From Thermoplasmatota archaeon (GTDB lineage Archaea; Thermoplasmatota; E2; DHVEG-1; B18-G2), in contig JAPDJO010000051.1 of assembly GCA_029259115.1 (NCBI GenBank), positions 1-61,338 on the forward strand: a stretch of DNA of 61,338 nt. The letters run 5' to 3'. Shown here piece by piece: positions 57,634 to 61,338 of the stretch. How positions within the stretch are numbered: the stretch's first letter is position 1; each line of letters begins with the position of its first letter. Under the pieces are notes generated by a model. The model was not told the DNA's origin. It worked only from the letters and a program-made list of their open reading frames with translations, and made no database searches. Both the position numbers and the translations under genes were made by a program.

Positions 57634-59501
57634 CTTTTCTCACCAGCCTTTTCTATTGCACCAAATGGGCAAACCTGTACGCAAACTCCACATCCATTGC
57701 ATATCTCTTCGTTTATCCTGACATTCTTTTCTTCATCAAAATAGAAAGCGGGACATCCGAATTTCATTATACATATGTTACAGTGCTTACATTTCTCCTG
57801 GTTGACCTGGTAGATAGGTATTTTTTCTCCTCTCTTTCTTTTATCTCTGACCTCCAGCAAGATGCACGGATATTTGCATATTACCACAGAGGGACCCTTG
57901 AAATTCAAAGCTCTTTCGAAAGCTTTGGCTGTCTCTTCTATGTTGGTTGGGTTCACAACTTCAACGTGCTCTACTCCCAATCCTCTAACGACCTCTTCTA
58001 TATCAAGCGCGATAGCTTCATCACCCATCCCCGTTACTTTTGAACCCGGGTGTGGTTGATGACCCGTCATGGCAGTGGTTCTGTTATCAAGTACAGTTAT
58101 GACACAGTCATGGTTATGATGAACCGCATTGACAATCGCTGGTAATCCAGCGTGGAAGAAAGTTGAATCTCCCATAAAGGATATAATTTTCTGGTCTGTG
58201 GATTTTGCAAACCCACATGCCATCCCTGCGTTGGAACCCATACACAGCAGAACATCAGCCACTTTCAGAGGAGGATACCTGCCCAGGGTGTAGCATCCAA
58301 TATCTGTAGGATATATGGTTCCCTTCGGAGCCACCTTTTTGACAGCATAGTAGCTTGCTCTGTGTGGACAACCGGGGCACATAACCGGAGGTCTACTTGG
58401 CAATTTTAGATCAGTTTTCCCTCCATCAGGAATCGGATTTTTCACTCCCAGAATCTTTGATATTCCAGATATAACGATCTCAAGATTGTACTCGTATAAT
58501 CTGGAAAAGTGTCCACTTCCCTTTCCATATATCTCCACATCTATACCGGCATCAAACGCTAGGGATTTCAATCTCTCTTCAAGTATGGGCTCGAGCTCTT
58601 CCAGAACAATAATCTTACCGTGCTCCTCCATAAACTTACGACATTTCTCTCTCGGAAGAGGATTTGTGAATCCCAGTTTCAGAATATCTGCATCAATTTT
58701 CATGATGTCCAGAGCATCCATGGCGTAGCCAACTGATATTCCAGATGCCACTATCCCGACGCCGCCGCCGTGTTCTATTATCCTGTTAAATTGTGATTTC
58801 TCGGATAACTCTTCCGCTTTCTCCATTTTTTCCAGTAAGACAGGATGTCTGGCTCTTGCCACAGATGGGACGGTTACCATCATTTCATCTTTTTCAAAAT
58901 GTCCTTTCTTTTTCGATTCCTTGCATGCATCTATCTTGACGGGACCTCTCGTATGGCTGACTCTTGTGGTGGTTCTCAGTATTATCGGCAATTCCAGAGA
59001 TTCTGATATTTTGAAACCCTCCTTTGTCATATCTTTTGCTTCCTGGGGGTTGTATGGCTCGAGCATGGGGGCATTTCCAAAGAGAGCATAGTATCTATTA
59101 TCCTGTTCATTCTGGGATGAGTGACAAAAAGGATCATCGGCTGTAACTATGATGTGACCACCCTTGCACCCCACATACATGTATGTCATGAAAGTGTCAC
59201 TTGCTACATTCAACCCAACATGTTTCATGCATGTGAGAGACCTTAGTCCAGACAATGATGCTGCGGCAGCAACCTCCAGGGCAACCTTTTCATTGGTTGA
59301 ATACTCAAAATAAAAGGGAACTTCCTTTCCTTTACTCTTCAGATACTTTGCTATTTTGGAGAAAGTATCTGCTATCTCTGAGGATGGCGTCCCTGGATAT
59401 GTTGTGGCAAAATCTATGCCCTCCTCCAGTGCCCCTCTGGTTATAGCCTCATTCCCGAGCAGTAAAATGGTGTCCCCAGGTTTTGCTTCTATAATTTCCA
59501 T
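57630..59501 (-). CDS. iorA: Indolepyruvate:ferredoxin oxidoreductase alpha subunit
   Basis: LLGNEA, YPGTPSSE, NEKVALE, MKHVGLNVA, SSQNEQD, RPPVMCPGCPH, DIGCY, GDSTFFH, TAMTGHQ, C-terminal 2x[4Fe-4S]. Confidence 0.96.
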   Translation of the reverse strand: MEIIEAKPGDTILLLGNEAITRGALEEGIDFATTYPGTPSSEIADTFSKIAKYLKSKGKEVPFYFEYSTNEKVALEVAAAASLSGLRSLTCMKHVGLNVASDTFMTYMYVGCKGGHIIVTADDPFCHSSQNEQDNRYYALFGNAPMLEPYNPQEAKDMTKEGFKISESLELPIILRTTTRVSHTRGPVKIDACKESKKKGHFEKDEMMVTVPSVARARHPVLLEKMEKAEELSEKSQFNRIIEHGGGVGIVASGISVGYAMDALDIMKIDADILKLGFTNPLPREKCRKFMEEHGKIIVLEELEPILEERLKSLAFDAGIDVEIYGKGSGHFSRLYEYNLEIVISGISKILGVKNPIPDGGKTDLKLPSRPPVMCPGCPHRASYYAVKKVAPKGTIYPTDIGCYTLGRYPPLKVADVLLCMGSNAGMACGFAKSTDQKIISFMGDSTFFHAGLPAIVNAVHHNHDCVITVLDNRTTAMTGHQPHPGSKVTGMGDEAIALDIEEVVRGLGVEHVEVVNPTNIEETAKAFERALNFKGPSVVICKYPCILLEVRDKRKRGEKIPIYQVNQEKCKHCNICIMKFGCPAFYFDEEKNVRINEEICNGCGVCVQVCPFGAIEKAGEKR

Positions 59502-59577
59502 CTTTATCCCCATCCAGAAGTCAAGTTTGAAAATCAGGAGAAGCATATAAATCTAACGAAAGAGATGTCGTCAATGA

Positions 59578-60894
59578 ATGAAGAGAGACGTGCTGGTAAT
59601 TGCCGGCTATGACCCAACAGGTGGGGCAGGAATACTTGCGGATATGAAAGCCCTTTTTTTATCAGGAGTGAGAGGTCATTTTATCACAACATGTTTAACT
59701 TCTCAAACTCCGGACAGGGTAATCTCTATCGAACCTCTTGACGTTGAAAAGCTCTATCATCAGATAGAAGAGGCTCTGGACAGATACAAACCCGGATACT
59801 GTAAACTTGGTATGATTTACAGCAGAGAGTTGCTTCACTGTATCTCTGCACTACTTGAAGATAGAGAGATAAAACTGATTGCAGATCCTGTTTTCAGGGC
59901 ATCTGATGGTACGCAATTGTGTGAGGACGGATATGTAGAGGTGTACAGAAGAAAAATTTTGCCGATAACCTATCTTCTCACACCGAACATGTATGAGCTG
60001 TACCAGCTAACTGGAATCAACGACGTCCGCCAGGCGGCGCAAAATATAATTGATAGGGGTACTGAAAATGTGCTTGTCAAGGGCGGGGATGCAGAAGGAA
60101 AGGAATCTGTGGATGTACTGTTTGATGGCAAAAAATTCTATAAGTTTGCTCTTCCAAGGGTGAAAGGCAAGTTTCATGGTACAGGATGTACATTCTCTTC
60201 TCTAATAGTTGCAAATCTTTCAAGAGGTAGAGGATTGAGACCATCTATAGTTGAGGCGAAAAGAATTTTATGGAGTATGATGGTCAATTCTTACAAACTG
60301 GAAAACTTTGAGAGTCGGCTGTTGGGAATGCCAGAAGAGGTAGATGTTCCACCGGAGAATCCTGTGGGAGAGAGATTCGATGTGTGGTTATCTCTCAACA
60401 GAGGGGTCAAACGCTTTGTGAAAATGATACCCGATCATCTCATTCCGGAAGTAGGAATAAATTTTGGATACGCTCTGAGCAATGCTGAAAGCAGAGATGA
60501 TGTGTGTGCTCTTACGAGGAGGATAGATAGAAGCAGACAACTAGGTAGACTTGATTTTGCATCTTCGATGCATATATCCAGAGTTATACTGACTGCGATG
60601 AAATTTGACAGAAGATTCAGGAGTGCGGTCAATCTGAGGTATTCTGAGGACTTCATTTCACATTCTGAAAAAATGGGTTTCACAGTGGCGTATTTTGATA
60701 GGAAGGAGGAACCGGAGAATGTATCAACCATGGAATGGGGAACTGGGGTAGCCATAGAAAAAACTGGAAAGATACCTGATATCATATATGACACGGGAGG
60801 CGTTGGAAAGGAAGCTATGATAAGATTACTTGGAAGAAATCCTGATGATGTGGTGAGAAAGGTCGAGACTGTCCTCAGGAGTATGTCTCTATGA
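59578..60894 (+). CDS. thiD: Bifunctional HMP/HMP-P kinase and thiamine-phosphate synthase (ThiD-ThiN)
   Basis: IAGYDPTGGAGILAD, DPV, TPN, VKGG, HGTGCTFS; ThiN part IPEVGIN, FDRKEEP, STMEWG, GGVGKEAMI. Confidence 0.92.
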   Translation: MKRDVLVIAGYDPTGGAGILADMKALFLSGVRGHFITTCLTSQTPDRVISIEPLDVEKLYHQIEEALDRYKPGYCKLGMIYSRELLHCISALLEDREIKLIADPVFRASDGTQLCEDGYVEVYRRKILPITYLLTPNMYELYQLTGINDVRQAAQNIIDRGTENVLVKGGDAEGKESVDVLFDGKKFYKFALPRVKGKFHGTGCTFSSLIVANLSRGRGLRPSIVEAKRILWSMMVNSYKLENFESRLLGMPEEVDVPPENPVGERFDVWLSLNRGVKRFVKMIPDHLIPEVGINFGYALSNAESRDDVCALTRRIDRSRQLGRLDFASSMHISRVILTAMKFDRRFRSAVNLRYSEDFISHSEKMGFTVAYFDRKEEPENVSTMEWGTGVAIEKTGKIPDIIYDTGGVGKEAMIRLLGRNPDDVVRKVETVLRSMSL

Positions 60895-61072
60895 ACTTTT
60901 CGAAGGAGCGATCATAGGTTCTCTCAACTTCTTTCGGGAAGCAACAGGCAGGAAGCTCTCTTCTCGATAGGTGATATCTGAGACACTCACAGCACTTTCC
61001 TTTCTTATCGCAGGGTTCGTATGTGCATGGACAGTTTTCGAGATTTTTCTTAATATTGCATATCTGCTGCAT
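60875..61072 (-). CDS. Small Cys-rich protein (DUF6485-like)
   Basis: NLENCPCTYEPCDKKGKCCECLRYH...ELPACCFP...ERTYDRS. Confidence 0.8.
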   Translation of the reverse strand: MQQICNIKKNLENCPCTYEPCDKKGKCCECLRYHLSRRELPACCFPKEVERTYDRSFEKFIETYS

Positions 61073-61116
61073 GAGGGTATATATGCGGTACATCCTTAAA
61101 AGGATTCAGTTTCGCC

Positions 61117-61338
61117 CTATTGCTCCTCTCCGGGTATGTATGGGTTGAACGCTGGATCACCGTAAAGCTGCCATTCCTGGAATTCGAAGTATTTGTTGGG
61201 CAGCACCTTTGTCTTCTTCGAACCGAACATTTCCACGAATTGATCGTATTTCTCCTCCCACAGTTTGAAATCAAGCAATGGGTTTCCCGTAGCTACAAGA
61301 GGTGGTGACCACCAGAAAGTTGCGTTCGCATCCTTGTA
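61117..61338 (-). CDS. C-terminal end of a second C25/gingipain-like protein (runs off window end)
   Basis: Not in ORF track. Open minus frame YKDANATFWWSPP...KYFEFQEWQLYGDPAFNPYIPGEEQ*; LYGDP is the C25 terminal motif. Confidence 0.65.
   Translation of the reverse strand, partial: YKDANATFWWSPPLVATGNPLLDFKLWEEKYDQFVEMFGSKKTKVLPNKYFEFQEWQLYGDPAFNPYIPGEEQ

Noticed and set aside
61092-61105. Palindrome ATCCTT-AA-AAGGAT-like near the window end as a terminator
   Set aside because: Short and AT-rich, overlapping a likely TATA box of the downstream small gene; not distinguishable from chance.
59-61308. Many antisense or alternate-frame ORFs in the track (e.g. 1821-2327, 10718-11224, 16803-17282, 22307-22756, 48988-49428)
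   Set aside because: They lie within well-supported genes, have Ser/Phe/Ile-rich shadow composition and show no motifs.
1-61338. CRISPR array, transposase/integrase, complete tRNA or rRNA
   Set aside because: No regularly spaced repeats, no DDE or tyrosine-recombinase motifs, and no GC-rich cloverleaf or rRNA-like stretch seen; intergenic gaps are short.

Overview
Archaeal chromosomal segment, densely coding and AT-rich. It most resembles Thermoplasmatota of the MBG-D/DHVEG-1 type; this is inferred from the gene set, the PKD-repeat secreted proteins, the gingipain-like C25 peptidases and the PGF-CTERM anchors. Most genes are housekeeping (pth2, GGR, nadK, ppsA, cdc48, orc1/cdc6, gcvTH, fibrillarin, rlmE, tfb, rpl15e, cysS, fbp, RaSEA, trmI, dcd, truA, gatD, nmd3, iorAB, thiDN). 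Main highlights: (1) a probable replication origin, with two inverted 21-bp ORBs around an 89-bp AT-rich spacer, separated from orc1/cdc6 by a secreted PKD-repeat gene bracketed by a 13-bp inverted repeat; (2) a two-gene 'split gingipain', in which a large secreted C25 peptidase lacks an N-terminal prodomain and is followed by a separately secreted, PGF-CTERM-anchored protein carrying a C25 propeptide-like domain; (3) two Cys-rich microproteins missing from the ORF track, one coupled to a TRAM/HhH radical SAM enzyme next to an E1/SAMP pair; (4) a secreted metacaspase, an Ntn-hydrolase and a degenerate M50-like protein; (5) a frameshifted Nei/Fpg gene, several single-base departures from conserved motifs, and an apparent compositional shift near 47-48 kb. 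No CRISPR array, complete tRNA/rRNA or transposase was recognised. All family assignments come from motif recognition by eye, not database searches.
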